Positions 1 through 10,088 are shown, numbered from the stretch's first letter. The stretch: DNA of 64,000 nt from an uncultured delta proteobacterium (GCA_963766715.1 CAVYBH010000008.1:704001-768000); one strand, 5' to 3'. Notes: generated from the letters alone by a model not told the origin. Numbers and translations: made by a program.

Positions 1-933
1 GAGCAGGTGCGCCGGGAGGAGCTCCAGCGCCTCGGCGCGGAGGACCCCGGCACGGCGCCGATCCCCTTCTCCTCCAGCTTCGAGGGGTGGGGAGCCGCGC
101 CCGCCGCCGGCGAGCCGGTCGCCGTCGGGTTGCCGTTCCCGGAGCCGCTGCCCGACGACGCCTCGGCGGTCCTGTGGGACCGGGGACCGGTCGAGGCGCC
201 GCCTCCCCTCCCTCCGCCCGACCCGGACTTCGCCGGAGTGGTCGTCGAGGTCCCGGAGGAGGAGATCGTCCCGGAGATCTCCTCGGAGGACCTGGAGGAG
301 GTCGTCGAGGTCGTGGAGCCCGTCGATCCCGCGGAGCCGGCGGGAGAGCGGGTCGAGGTGGAGGCGGTGTCCTGGGTCGACGAGGAGCCGCGCCCCGACG
401 AGGTGGTGTCGCTCGACGCCCTGCTGGTCACGCCCCCGCCCGTTCACGCCGAGTCGCTGGCCCCGCCGCTCCCTCCCCCCAGCCCGACGCCGCCCCCCAT
501 CCCGCACCCGGTGGAGGAGGCGGCCGGAGCGGAGGAGGCGGTCAATCCGTTCGCGCCCTCGCCGTCGTTCGTGTCCGGTGAGCACCGCATCGTCCTCCAC
601 ACCATCGCGGGACAGGTCCTGCGGGGATCGCTCGCCAACGTGGATCTCGAGGACCCCGAGCTCCCCATGATCCAGCCCAACGGCGCGGTGGCGCGCGTCC
701 CGGCTGCCCACGTGAAGGCCATCTTCTTCATGCTCCCGGCCGGCGGCCAGGCGCCCCAGGCCGCGGGAACGCGGGTCCGGGTCACCTTCGCGGACGGGCG
801 CCAGGTGTCCGGGCTCGCGCCCGACTACTCACCGGCCTCGGTGGGCTTCTTCGTCCTGCCCATCGACACGCGGACCCACACGTCGCGGGTCTGGGTGTAC
901 CGCACCGCCATCCGGCAGATCTCGGTCGGCTAG
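1..933 (+). CDS. 5'-partial protein: acidic/Pro-rich linker plus C-terminal duplicated small beta-domain (DUF6982-like, myxobacterial)
   Basis: ORF is open from the window start. Low-complexity E/P/V region, then two similar halves (HRIVLHTIAGQVLRG / TRVRVTFADGRQVSG..DY..GFFVLP). Confidence 0.6.
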   Translation, partial: EQVRREELQRLGAEDPGTAPIPFSSSFEGWGAAPAAGEPVAVGLPFPEPLPDDASAVLWDRGPVEAPPPLPPPDPDFAGVVVEVPEEEIVPEISSEDLEEVVEVVEPVDPAEPAGERVEVEAVSWVDEEPRPDEVVSLDALLVTPPPVHAESLAPPLPPPSPTPPPIPHPVEEAAGAEEAVNPFAPSPSFVSGEHRIVLHTIAGQVLRGSLANVDLEDPELPMIQPNGAVARVPAAHVKAIFFMLPAGGQAPQAAGTRVRVTFADGRQVSGLAPDYSPASVGFFVLPIDTRTHTSRVWVYRTAIRQISVG

Positions 934-938
934 CGGCG

Positions 939-1649
939 TCAGTTGAGCCAGCGCCGGTCCGGATCCCGGTCGGCGTGGATGACCTCGAATCGCCCGCGCT
1001 TGCGGAGTCGCGGCAGCTTCACGCGCCTGAGCCAGCGCCCCGGCCCCCGCCCGCTCACCCAGGCCCACGCCACGCCCTCGGCGAGGAGATGGGGCACGAA
1101 CAGGACCACGCCGCCGAAGAGGGCGAAGAGCACCGTGCCGCCCACGGTGATCCAGAGGAGCGCCTGGCCGGAGACCGGCACCGCGAAGAAGAGCAGGATC
1201 TGGCGGAACGGGTGGAGGAGCGCCCAGGCCACGATGAGCGCGTCGAGCGCCGCCCAGAATCCGGTGAAGCGGCCGGCGGCGAGCTCCGGCCAGGCCAGCG
1301 CGAGGAGGCAGGCCAGCGCGCCGGCGGCTGCGGCGACGCCGAAGTAGGTGGCGAGGAAGCGGCGCTCGCCCCACGCGTCGACGAGGTCGCGGCCGAACCA
1401 GTAGAGGACCAGTCCGCCGAAGAGCAGGTTGAGCGGCTCGGTCTCGACGAGCACCCAGGTGACGAGCCGCCACACCTGGCCGTGCCACACCGCCGCGGGC
1501 TCCAGCACGGCGAGCCGCAGGAGCGGTACCCCGTTGCGCTCCCCGACCACGGAGACGAGGCTCGCCACCACCGTGGCCGCGATGAGCCCCCCGACGGCGG
1601 CGGGGACGCGCCCCCCGAAGGCGAACGGGTTTCCGGCGCGACGCGACAT
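939..1649 (-). CDS. Rhomboid-family intramembrane protein, probably catalytically inactive
   Basis: GQVWRLVTW (WR motif), several TM segments, His in PHLLA; the expected GxS reads GFW. Confidence 0.75.
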   Translation of the reverse strand: MSRRAGNPFAFGGRVPAAVGGLIAATVVASLVSVVGERNGVPLLRLAVLEPAAVWHGQVWRLVTWVLVETEPLNLLFGGLVLYWFGRDLVDAWGERRFLATYFGVAAAAGALACLLALAWPELAAGRFTGFWAALDALIVAWALLHPFRQILLFFAVPVSGQALLWITVGGTVLFALFGGVVLFVPHLLAEGVAWAWVSGRGPGRWLRRVKLPRLRKRGRFEVIHADRDPDRRWLN

Positions 1650-1659
1650 CCCCGGACCC

Positions 1660-1854
1660 CTACGCCGCCCGTTCCCGGAAGAAGAGGATGATCGTCAGGC
1701 AGTGGAACTGCTTGTCCGAGGAGAGCGTGACCGTCTTGTCGACGATCTCGAGCTCGGGGTGCTTCGCCATCCAGCCGTTGATGGTGTCGGTCATGGCGTC
1801 CCGATCCCGCGCCAGCGTCGCCGAGAACACCTTGCACCCCGTGAACTTCTCCAT
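1660..1854 (-). CDS. Small conserved hypothetical protein (~64 aa)
   Basis: MEKFTGCKVFSATLARDR...HCLTIILFF; GAGG RBS upstream; sits in the operon between the thiolase and the rhomboid. Confidence 0.7.
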   Translation of the reverse strand: MEKFTGCKVFSATLARDRDAMTDTINGWMAKHPELEIVDKTVTLSSDKQFHCLTIILFFRERAA

Positions 1855-1875
1855 GGTCGCCACCTCGCCCCGAGC

Positions 1876-3072
1876 CTACAGCGCCTCGACCACGACCGCG
1901 ATACCCTGACCGCCCCCGATGCACGCCCCGGCCAGGCCGTGGCGCCCTCCCCGCTGCCGGAGCGCCTGGATGAGGTGGATGGTGAGGCGGGCGCCGCTCG
2001 CCGCCAGCGGGTGGCCCAGGGCGATGGCGCCCCCGTCGACGTTGGTCCGGTCGCGCGGCAACCCCAGCTCCTTCTCGACGGCCAGGTACTGCGGGGAGAA
2101 GGCCTCGTTCACCTCGAAGAGGTCGAAATCGGCGAGCTTCGCCCCGGCGCGGGACATGGCGTTCCGGAAGGCCGGCACCGGCCCGATGCCCATGACGGTG
2201 GGGTCGACGCCGGCGACCCCCCAGTTGACGAGCCGGGCCAGCGGCCGGAGCCCTCGCCGGTCGGCCAGCTCCCGGGTGGTGAGCACCAGCATGGCGGCGC
2301 CGTCGGCCACGCCGCTCGCCGCACCGGCGTGGATGACGCCGTCCTTCTTGAAGACCTTGGGCAGCTTGCGGAGACCCTCGACCGTGGTCTCGGGGCGGGG
2401 GTGCTCGTCCTTCTCGAACCGCACCTTCCCCTTGCGGGTCTCGATCTCGACCGGCGCGATCTCGGCCTGGAAGCGGCCGGCCGCCTGGGCCTCGGCGTGG
2501 CGCCGCTGGGAGAGGACGGCGAACTCGTCCACCTCGTCCTGCGTGATCCCGTACTGCTCGGCGAGCTTCTCGGCCGTCATCGCCATGGGCATCTTCGCCT
2601 GGGTGTCGGTGAGCGCGTTCCAGAGCGAGTCCTCGACCACGGGCGTCTTGCCGAGGGGGACGCCGAACCGGGAGCCGCGCTGGACGTAGGGGGCCTGGCT
2701 CATCGACTCGGTGCCGCCCACCAGCACCGCCTCGGCCTGGCCGGTCTCGATCTGGAGGGCGCCCTGCACGACCGCCTCGAAGCCCGAGCCGCACAGCCGA
2801 TTCACGATGAGTGCGGGGGTGGCGACCGGCACCCCGGCGCGCAGGCCGACGTGGCGCGCCAGGTAGATGGCGTCGGCCGAGGTCTGGAGCACGTTGCCGA
2901 CGATGACGTGGCCGATGGCGTCGGCCGGAAGCCCGGAATCGGCCAGCGCGGCCAGCGAGGCGTGGACGGCGAGGTCGGTGGCCGAGAGGTCCTTGAGCGC
3001 GCCGCCGTAGGTTCCGAAGGGGGTGCGGCGGCCGGCGACGAAGACGATCTCCTTCGATGTGGCGGAACGCAT
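1876..3072 (-). CDS. Acetyl-CoA C-acyltransferase (thiolase)
   Basis: RTPFG, NRLCGSG, VNEAF, GAIALGHPLAASG and ACIGGGQG motifs; ATG at 3072 with GGAGG RBS. Confidence 0.95.
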   Translation of the reverse strand: MRSATSKEIVFVAGRRTPFGTYGGALKDLSATDLAVHASLAALADSGLPADAIGHVIVGNVLQTSADAIYLARHVGLRAGVPVATPALIVNRLCGSGFEAVVQGALQIETGQAEAVLVGGTESMSQAPYVQRGSRFGVPLGKTPVVEDSLWNALTDTQAKMPMAMTAEKLAEQYGITQDEVDEFAVLSQRRHAEAQAAGRFQAEIAPVEIETRKGKVRFEKDEHPRPETTVEGLRKLPKVFKKDGVIHAGAASGVADGAAMLVLTTRELADRRGLRPLARLVNWGVAGVDPTVMGIGPVPAFRNAMSRAGAKLADFDLFEVNEAFSPQYLAVEKELGLPRDRTNVDGGAIALGHPLAASGARLTIHLIQALRQRGGRHGLAGACIGGGQGIAVVVEAL

Positions 3073-3085
3073 GGGGACCTCCGGT

Positions 3086-3748
3086 TCAGGGCGTGGCGCG
3101 CCCGCGGGCGAGGACGGTGAGGCAGAAGGCCAGGATGGCGGCGGCGAAGAGGGTGTTGCCCAGGTAGACCACGAAGCGGCGCCGCAGCTCCGCCCCCCCG
3201 GCGTGCCGGTACCACTGGCGCGCGGCGGCATCCCGGGCGGAGAGGCTGGCGGCGGGCAGCGCAGCCCCGTGGACGGGCTCGAGGCGCGCCACCGTCCGTC
3301 GGTGGAGCTCGACCACCTGGCCGGGGGCCGCTCCCGGGAGGCCCGCCACCTCGCCCCATCGCCCCGCCTGCGCGGCGCGAGCGTGGTTGGCGGTGAGGAC
3401 CGCGGCGCCGTCCGGGAAGGTCGAGACGAGCTGCAGCCGCGCCGGCGCACCGGGACGGGGGCCCTGCTCGAAGACGTCGGCGAAGGCCGAGCCCTCCGGC
3501 TCGGAGAAGGTCTCGGAGCGGAGCTCCAGCCCCCGCAGCGGCCCCTCCTCGACCCGGCTGCCGATGCGCAGGAACCCCAGCGCCTCGAGCGCCAGGGCGG
3601 CGTCCCGCTGCGCCTCGGTGGGCAGGGGCCCTCCGGCGGTGGAGCGGGAGCGGACGAGCGAGGGGGCGAGCACCAGGACCCCGCGCCGGCCGTAGCGAAG
3701 GATCATCATCGCGGCATAGAAGGCCGCGAGGGCGAGCAGGATCGTCAC
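3086..3748 (-). CDS. Hypothetical membrane protein (N- and C-terminal TM helices)
   Basis: GTG start overlaps the tatC stop (GTGA); hydrophobic termini. Confidence 0.6.
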   Translation of the reverse strand: MTILLALAAFYAAMMILRYGRRGVLVLAPSLVRSRSTAGGPLPTEAQRDAALALEALGFLRIGSRVEEGPLRGLELRSETFSEPEGSAFADVFEQGPRPGAPARLQLVSTFPDGAAVLTANHARAAQAGRWGEVAGLPGAAPGQVVELHRRTVARLEPVHGAALPAASLSARDAAARQWYRHAGGAELRRRFVVYLGNTLFAAAILAFCLTVLARGRATP

Positions 3749-4551
3749 GACGCGGTGGCGGGCTCGTCCGCCTTCCTCTTCTTCCCGACGATCCGGGCCG
3801 CGATGATCCCCACCTCGTAGAAGACGATCATCGGGATGGCCATGAGGGCCAGGTTGAACGGGTCGCCGGTGGGAGTGATGAGCGCGGCCACGATCACGTT
3901 CACGATGATGGCGTGGCGCCGGTACTTGGCGAGGAACTCGGGGGTGACGACCCCGATCATGGCCAGGAAGGCCACGATCACCGGGATCTCGAACACCACG
4001 CCGAAGCCGAGCATCATGGCGAGCACCAGCGAGAGCTGCTCCCGCATGGTGAGCAGCGGCTTCATGTCCGGGCCGGCGATGGCGGCCAGCGCCGGGAAGG
4101 CGTAGGGCATCACCAGGAAGTAGGTGAAGGCGAGCCCGCAGTAGAAGAGCAGGGTCCCGGTGGCCACGAACGGGATGACGACCTTCTTCTCGCGCTTGTA
4201 GAGGCCGGGCGCGATGAAGAGCCAGAGCTGGAAGAGGATCCACGGCGCCGCGATGAAGAGGCCGCCGTAGATGGCCACCTTGAGGTACACGAGGAACGGC
4301 TCGAGGTAGCTCGTGTAGTTGAGGGCGCGCTGCCCCTCGGGCAGCGAGTCGAGCACCGGCTGCATCACGAAGCGGAAGATGCGCTCGGAGAAGTATCCGG
4401 CGATCACGAAGCCGATGCCGAGCCCCATCAACGCCCGGACCAGCCGGATCCGCAGCTCGGTCAGGTGCTGGAAGAAGGAGGCTCGCACCTCCCCTTCGGG
4501 GACCGGCGTCTCCCCGTCGGCGGCCGGAAGCTTCTCGGCGGGCTCGGTCAT
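3745..4551 (-). CDS. tatC: Twin-arginine translocase subunit TatC
   Basis: HLTELRIRL, FIAPGLYKREK, FEIPVI, ITPTGDP motifs. Confidence 0.96.
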   Translation of the reverse strand: MTEPAEKLPAADGETPVPEGEVRASFFQHLTELRIRLVRALMGLGIGFVIAGYFSERIFRFVMQPVLDSLPEGQRALNYTSYLEPFLVYLKVAIYGGLFIAAPWILFQLWLFIAPGLYKREKKVVIPFVATGTLLFYCGLAFTYFLVMPYAFPALAAIAGPDMKPLLTMREQLSLVLAMMLGFGVVFEIPVIVAFLAMIGVVTPEFLAKYRRHAIIVNVIVAALITPTGDPFNLALMAIPMIVFYEVGIIAARIVGKKRKADEPATAS

Positions 4552-4982
4552 GCCGGGGGCTTCGGCTCTGCGACGGGAACGGCGGGTGCGACGGCGGCGG
4601 CGGGCATGGCAGGCGCCGCAGGAGCGGCAACGGGAGCGGCGGAGGCGGAATCGGGAGCCGCGGGAGCTGCAGGTGCGTCCGGCTCGAAGAGCGCTGCGTC
4701 GAGGCCGGGGATGTTCTCGGCGGCGGCCACCGGGACCGGTCCGGGGGGCGCGGCGGGCACCGGGGCGCTCGCGGTGGGCGGCGCCACCCGGGCGCGCTCC
4801 GCCTTGCGCTCCTCGGCGTAGAACTCCTTCTCGAACTGCCCCTTCAGGTCGTCGCTGGCCTTCTTGAAATCGCGCAGCCCCTTGCCGAGCTGCTTCGCGA
4901 CCTCGGGCAGCTTCTGCGGCCCGAGGAGCACGAGCGCGAGGACGAGGATGATGACGATTTCGCCGAAGCCGAGGCCGAACAT
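4548..4982 (-). CDS. tatB: Twin-arginine translocase TatB (TatA/B family)
   Basis: MFGLGFGEIVIILVLALVLLGPQKLP, Ala/Pro tail, coupled to tatC. Confidence 0.88.
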   Translation of the reverse strand: MFGLGFGEIVIILVLALVLLGPQKLPEVAKQLGKGLRDFKKASDDLKGQFEKEFYAEERKAERARVAPPTASAPVPAAPPGPVPVAAAENIPGLDAALFEPDAPAAPAAPDSASAAPVAAPAAPAMPAAAVAPAVPVAEPKPPA

Positions 4983-4993
4983 GGGACGGGGGG

Positions 4994-5001
4994 GTTATAA
5001 C
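4994..5001. promoter_or_regulatory. Palindromic GTTATAAC: candidate shared -10 box of the divergent tatB and EVE genes
   Basis: Reads TATAAC on both strands within a 24-bp intergenic gap that has no SD. Confidence 0.55.
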
Positions 5002-5006
5002 ACGGC

Positions 5007-5412
5007 ATGCCTTTCTGGCTGCTGAAGACGGAGCCTTCGGCCTACTCCTTCGACGATCTCCGCCGCGATCGGAAAACCCGCTGGGACGGGGTCTCGAACG
5101 CCCAGGCCCAGTCCAACCTTCGGGCCATGCGCGCGGGCGACGAGGTGGCCGTCTACCACTCCGGGGTGAAGGCCGCGGTGGGACTGGCCCGGGTGGCGCG
5201 CGCCGCCTACCCGGATCCCGGCGACCCGGAGGGCAAGCGGGTGGCCGTGGATCTGGCGGCCGGCGACCCGCTGGCCACCCCCGTGACCCTGGACGTCCTC
5301 CGCGGCGAGAAGGCCTTCGACGGGTCCCCCCTCCTGCGGCAGGGACGGCTGTCGGTGGTGCCCCTCACCGCGGCGCAGTGGAAGGCGCTTCGGCGGCTCG
5401 GCGGCCGGGTAG
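5007..5412 (+). CDS. EVE domain protein (probable extra base just before stop TAG 5410-5412)
   Basis: WLLKTEP..YSFDDL, WDGV.N, YHSG, RQGRLSVVP motifs. The uncorrected ORF reads on into the PBP1A gene. Confidence 0.85.
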
Positions 5413-5436
5413 CGCCCAGGGACCGGGTCCCCGACC

Positions 5437-7995
5437 TCACTGCGAGAAGAGGTCCCGCACCTCGACCCTGGATCTTCCGTCCTCGCCCTCGGCCTTTGCG
5501 ATGGGCGCCGTTCCTTCCAGGTAGGGCTCGAGCACGCCGGGCGCGAAGGGCTGGACCGCCTCTCCGGTCTTCGGGTCGATGCGGGCGAAGACGATGCCCT
5601 CCGGGACCGGGAAGTCGGGCTGGGGGCGATCGCGAAGCGCGGCCTCCATGAACGCGAGCCAGATGGGCAGCGCCGCCCGTCCGCCGGTCTCCGCCCGCCC
5701 GAGCGGCTGCTCGTTGTGGTCGAAGCCGAGCCACACGCCCGCCACCTGATCGGCGGTGAAGCCCAGGAACCAGGTGTCGAAGGAGTCGTTGGTGGTGCCG
5801 GTCTTCCCGCCGGCCGGCTTTCCCAGCTTGGCCGCCTGCGCGCCGGTGCCCACCGTGGCCACCTCCTGCATGAGGTGCTGGAGCACGAAGGCCGCCCGGG
5901 GCTCGATCACCCGCTCCGGCTCGGTCCGGACCTCGGCGTACGCCCCGGCCAGCCGCTCGCCGAGCGGCGCCCACGGGTCGCCCGGCGCGACGTGGTCCTC
6001 GAGCAGCCCGCCGTCGCGATCGAGGACCCGCCGCACCAGGATGGAGCGCCGCTTCAGCCCCTGCCGGTCGATCACGGCGTAGACGTTCACCAGGTCCCAG
6101 AGCGTGGCGCAGGAGCTCCCGAGCGCGCTCCCCAGCTCCGGCTTCACCGGCGAGGTGAGGCCGAGGGAGGCGGCCCACTGGCCCAGGAAGGCGAGCCCCT
6201 TCTCCTGGGCGAGCCGCTCGGCGGTCTTCACCGCCGGGATGTTCATCGAGTGGATGACCGCGGTGCGCAGCGGGACCTCGCCCTTGAAGTCCTCGCCGAA
6301 GTTCTGCGGCTTCCAGGAACGCTCGGAGTCGCGGAAGACCACCGGCGCGTCGGTGAGGAGCGTGGAGGGCGTGAAGCCGAGGTGCTCGATGGCGGCGGAG
6401 TAGAGGATGGGCTTGAAGGCGCTGCCCGGTTGCCGGCAGGCCTGGAAGGCCCGGTTGAACTCGGAGGCCTCGAAGTCGTAGCCGCCGACCATGGCCTCGG
6501 CGTAGCCGCTCGAGGGATCGAGGGCCACGAGCGCCCCCTGCAGCCGCGGCTCCTGCTCCAGGGCGAGGAGGAGCGGGGCCTCCGGCACCTCGGCGGGCTT
6601 CCCCGACTTGGTCAGCTTCTCGAGGGCCTGCAGCTCCTCCCGCTCGACGCGGCGCACCAGCACCACGTCGCCGACCCGGAGCGCGGTGGAGGGGCGGACG
6701 AGCTGTGCATACTCCCAGTGAACCTGGGGATTGGGCGGCCGGGCCCAGCGCATGCCGGCGATGGGGAGCACGCCGGGGACGTCGCCGATCTCCACCCGGA
6801 CCTGGGCCGCCGCGTCGTTCACCGCCGAGACGATGCCCACCGCGAAGTCGCCCGGACGGAGCGCCCCGGCCGGCCAGGCCTGGGCGAGCCGCCGGCGAAG
6901 CGCCTCCCGCTCGGCCCCCTCGACGTGCCCCACCGGCCCCCAGAATCCCTGGCGCCGATCCACGTCGAGGAGCCCCCGCAGCATGGCCTGCTGCGCGGCG
7001 CGCTGCTTGTCGAGGTCCATGGCGGACTCGATCCGCAGCCCCTGGTGGAGGACCCGGTCGTTCCCGTAGCGCTCCACCACCCGGCGGCGCACCGCCTCCG
7101 AGTAGAAGGGCGCGATCTCGCGGAACGGGTCGTCGAGGGCGTGCACCTTCACCGGGGTGTCGTCGGCGCGGCGGCGCTCCTCCTCGGTGATGGCCCCGTC
7201 CTCCCGCATGCGCCGGAGCACGTAGCTCCGCCGCTGCCGGGCCTCCTCGGGGTGGGTGACGGGCGAGTAGCGGCTGGGCGCCTGGGGCAGGCCGGCCAGG
7301 AGCGCGGCCTCGGCGAGGGTCAGCTCGTCGACCGACTTGCGGAAGTAGTTCTCGGAGGCCGACTCGACGCCGTAGCTGTGGTGGCCGAGGTAGACGCCGT
7401 TCAGGTACAGCCAGAGCAGCTCCTGCTTGCCGAAGGCCCGCTCGAGCCGCGAAGCCAGGATGGCCTCCCGGGCCTTGCGCCGGAGGTTCTTCCGGGTGCC
7501 CTCGGCGAAGCCCTCCGAGGAGACGAGCAGCGCCTTGGCGGTCTGCTGGGTGATGGTGGAGCCGCCCTGCACCTTCTTCTTCCGGACGTAGGTGTTCACG
7601 CCGGCGCGCAGCGTGCCCAGCCAGTCGACGCCGTGGTGCGCGAAGAAGTTCTTGTCCTCGGCCGCCAGGAAGGCCTGGACGACGTGGCGCGGGATGCGCT
7701 CGTAGGGCACCACCCGGCGCCGCTCGGCGAAGAGCTCGCCCACCACCTGCCCGTCCGCGCTGACGATCTCCGCCACCACCGGGGGCCGGTACTCGGCGAG
7801 CGACTGGACGGACGGCAGGTCCCGCGAGAGCCAGACGTAGGCCGCCACGGCCGCGACCAGCGCCCCGTTGGCGAGCGCCAGCAGGAGGAAGACCGACCAG
7901 CGCAGGACCCGGCGCCAGAGGGGGCGCGGCGGGGGGACCCCGTCGAGGACCAGCTTCTTCTGGGGCGGCGCGGCGGGAGTGGGAGGGGCGACCAT
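5437..7995 (-). CDS. mrcA: Class A penicillin-binding protein PBP1A
   Basis: EDKNFFAHHG, GGSTITQQ, RK..E (glycosyltransferase); SAFK, SMN, KTGT (transpeptidase); OB insert. Confidence 0.93.
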   Translation of the reverse strand: MVAPPTPAAPPQKKLVLDGVPPPRPLWRRVLRWSVFLLLALANGALVAAVAAYVWLSRDLPSVQSLAEYRPPVVAEIVSADGQVVGELFAERRRVVPYERIPRHVVQAFLAAEDKNFFAHHGVDWLGTLRAGVNTYVRKKKVQGGSTITQQTAKALLVSSEGFAEGTRKNLRRKAREAILASRLERAFGKQELLWLYLNGVYLGHHSYGVESASENYFRKSVDELTLAEAALLAGLPQAPSRYSPVTHPEEARQRRSYVLRRMREDGAITEEERRRADDTPVKVHALDDPFREIAPFYSEAVRRRVVERYGNDRVLHQGLRIESAMDLDKQRAAQQAMLRGLLDVDRRQGFWGPVGHVEGAEREALRRRLAQAWPAGALRPGDFAVGIVSAVNDAAAQVRVEIGDVPGVLPIAGMRWARPPNPQVHWEYAQLVRPSTALRVGDVVLVRRVEREELQALEKLTKSGKPAEVPEAPLLLALEQEPRLQGALVALDPSSGYAEAMVGGYDFEASEFNRAFQACRQPGSAFKPILYSAAIEHLGFTPSTLLTDAPVVFRDSERSWKPQNFGEDFKGEVPLRTAVIHSMNIPAVKTAERLAQEKGLAFLGQWAASLGLTSPVKPELGSALGSSCATLWDLVNVYAVIDRQGLKRRSILVRRVLDRDGGLLEDHVAPGDPWAPLGERLAGAYAEVRTEPERVIEPRAAFVLQHLMQEVATVGTGAQAAKLGKPAGGKTGTTNDSFDTWFLGFTADQVAGVWLGFDHNEQPLGRAETGGRAALPIWLAFMEAALRDRPQPDFPVPEGIVFARIDPKTGEAVQPFAPGVLEPYLEGTAPIAKAEGEDGRSRVEVRDLFSQ

Positions 7996-8028
7996 CTGGA
8001 GGGACTGTAGGCAGGCCCCGTCGCGGGA

Positions 8029-9033
8029 TCAATTCCGCTTCGGGGCGGGCGGCGTCCGCGCGGTCGATCCGGGCGGCCCCTCGAGGTTGGCGCGCCCCAT
8101 CGCCTCGACGAGCTCCGGCGGCACCGGGCACTCGAGCCGGAGCGGCACCCCGGTCACCGGGTGCGGGATCTCGAGCTTCCAGGCGTGGAGGAACATGCGC
8201 TTCAGCCCCCACCGGCTGCGGGCCTCCTTGTTGAACGGGAAGTCGCCGTAGCGCCGGTCGCCCGCCACCGGGTGGCCCATGGCCTGGAGGTGGCGCCGGA
8301 TCTGGTGGGTGCGCCCGGTCTCGATGCGCACCGCGAGCAGGGACGCGTCGTGGTTCGAGGAGATCACCTGCCAGCGGGTGACCGCCTCCTGGAAGTTCAC
8401 CCCCCGCCAATCCTTGGAGCGCCCGGTCTGCTCGTGCTCGGAGAGGGGCAGCTCGATCACGCCGGTGGCCTTGGGCATCTTGCCCTTGGCGAGCGCCAGG
8501 TAGGCCTTGCGGATCTCGTCACCCTCGGTGAATAGCTCCCCCAGCCTCACCATGGCCCGGCGGGTCTTCGCGACCAGCACGATGCCGCTCGTGTCCCGGT
8601 CGAGCCGGTGGGCCGGGCTGGGCTTGAACTCGCCGGGGGGCAGGTCGTCGGGCACGCGCAGGTACGAGCGGGCCTCCTCCACCAGGGTGGCGCCCTCGAT
8701 CCCGCTTCCCGGGTGGGCGGCCAGGCCGGAGGGCTTGTCCACCACGAGCACGTGCTCGTCCTCGTAGAGGACGCGGAAGGTGTGCTTGGGGCCCCGGGCG
8801 CCCTTGGCGGCGCCCTCGGCCGGCACGAGCAGCCGCTCCTCGTCGCCGCGGATGAGGATCTTGTCCCCCTCGGCCAGCAGCTGCTCGGCCCGGCCGCGCG
8901 ACCCGTTCACGCGGATCTTGCGGGTCCGGAACATCTTGTAGACGTGGGAGAGGGGCACGTCGCGGAGCGCCCGCCGGACGTACTTGTCGAGGCGCTGGCC
9001 GGCGGCGTCCGGGCTGACGGTGAGCTCGATCAC
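8029..9033 (-). CDS. RluA-family 23S rRNA pseudouridine synthase with S4 domain (RluC-like)
   Basis: GQRLDKY S4 region, HRLDRDTSG, TGRTHQIRRH. Confidence 0.92.
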   Translation of the reverse strand: MIELTVSPDAAGQRLDKYVRRALRDVPLSHVYKMFRTRKIRVNGSRGRAEQLLAEGDKILIRGDEERLLVPAEGAAKGARGPKHTFRVLYEDEHVLVVDKPSGLAAHPGSGIEGATLVEEARSYLRVPDDLPPGEFKPSPAHRLDRDTSGIVLVAKTRRAMVRLGELFTEGDEIRKAYLALAKGKMPKATGVIELPLSEHEQTGRSKDWRGVNFQEAVTRWQVISSNHDASLLAVRIETGRTHQIRRHLQAMGHPVAGDRRYGDFPFNKEARSRWGLKRMFLHAWKLEIPHPVTGVPLRLECPVPPELVEAMGRANLEGPPGSTARTPPAPKRN

Positions 9034-9054
9034 CCGCCGTTCTTACCTCGCGCC

Positions 9055-10045
9055 CTACCAGAACTCCATCTGCGCCGACTCCTCGAGGGGGTCGGCCCGC
9101 ATTCCCGCCCGGCGCAGCTCCTGGGCGAGGGGCGCGGCGTGGCCGTGCAGCGTGAAGATCCGCGAGGCGCCGGTGGCCCGGGCGTAGCCGACGAGCGACG
9201 GGAAATCGGCGTGGTCGGAGAGCGGGAAGGAGGCGTCCACCCCGCCGAACCAGCGCGCGCCGTCCACCGCCCAGCCGGTGAGCACCGCGGTGCGGCGCGG
9301 GCGGATGCGCGAGATGGCCGTCGACCGGGCCAGCTGCGGCGGGGCCACCACGATCTCGCCGGGCGCGGGCCCCTCCGGCCCGAGGAGCCGGACGTTGGGC
9401 AAGCGGCACTCCCTGCTCCACGTACACCTCGTTCACGGCGTGGACGGTGGGATGGGCGCGGCACGGGTACCCGAGCTCCCCGAAGTGCTTCAGGATCTCC
9501 TGCGCCTTCCCGAGCGAGTAGCCGAGCAGGACCGGCGTGGCGCCGGCCGAGAGCGCGTCGTCGACGAAGCGCTTCACCGCCGCGAGCACCTCGGCCTTGG
9601 GCGGGAAGACGTACCGGGGCAGCCCGAAGGTCGACTCCATCAGGAGCACGTCGCAGGGCATGACCTCGGCGGGCTCGGCGGAGAGGGTGGGCTCGGTGCA
9701 GAAGTCGCCGGTGTAGCCCACCGTGAGCCCCCCGGGCAGCGTGATGCGGATCTGCGCCGAGCCGAGCACGTGGCCGGCCGAGAAGAGCTCGAGCGTCAGC
9801 TCGCCCAGGCCGAAGGGCTCCCGGTAGGCCGCGGGCAGGACCTCGCTCCCCTTGCGCTCGCCGAGCCGGTGCCGGGCGAGCGCGGCGGTGGCCCGGGTGG
9901 CGATGGTGCGCTCGTGCCGGCCCAGGTGGTCGGCGTGGGCGTGGGAGACGAAGGCGCAGGGGCGCTTCTTGCGGGCGTCGAGGTAGAGCGCGGTGCCTCG
10001 CACGCGCAACTCGCCCTTGACGAGCTCGATGGGGGAACGCCTCAC
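9055..10045 (-). CDS. Beta-CASP-type MBL-fold nuclease (frameshift ~9403)
   Basis: SHAHADH, AGHVLGSAQ, YTGD, ESTFG, YSLGKAQ in one frame; LSDHADF..HG in the next. Confidence 0.85.
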
Positions 10046-10088
10046 GGGAGGTGTGTATCAGGGAGGGCTGTCGGGCGCCGGGCCCGGC

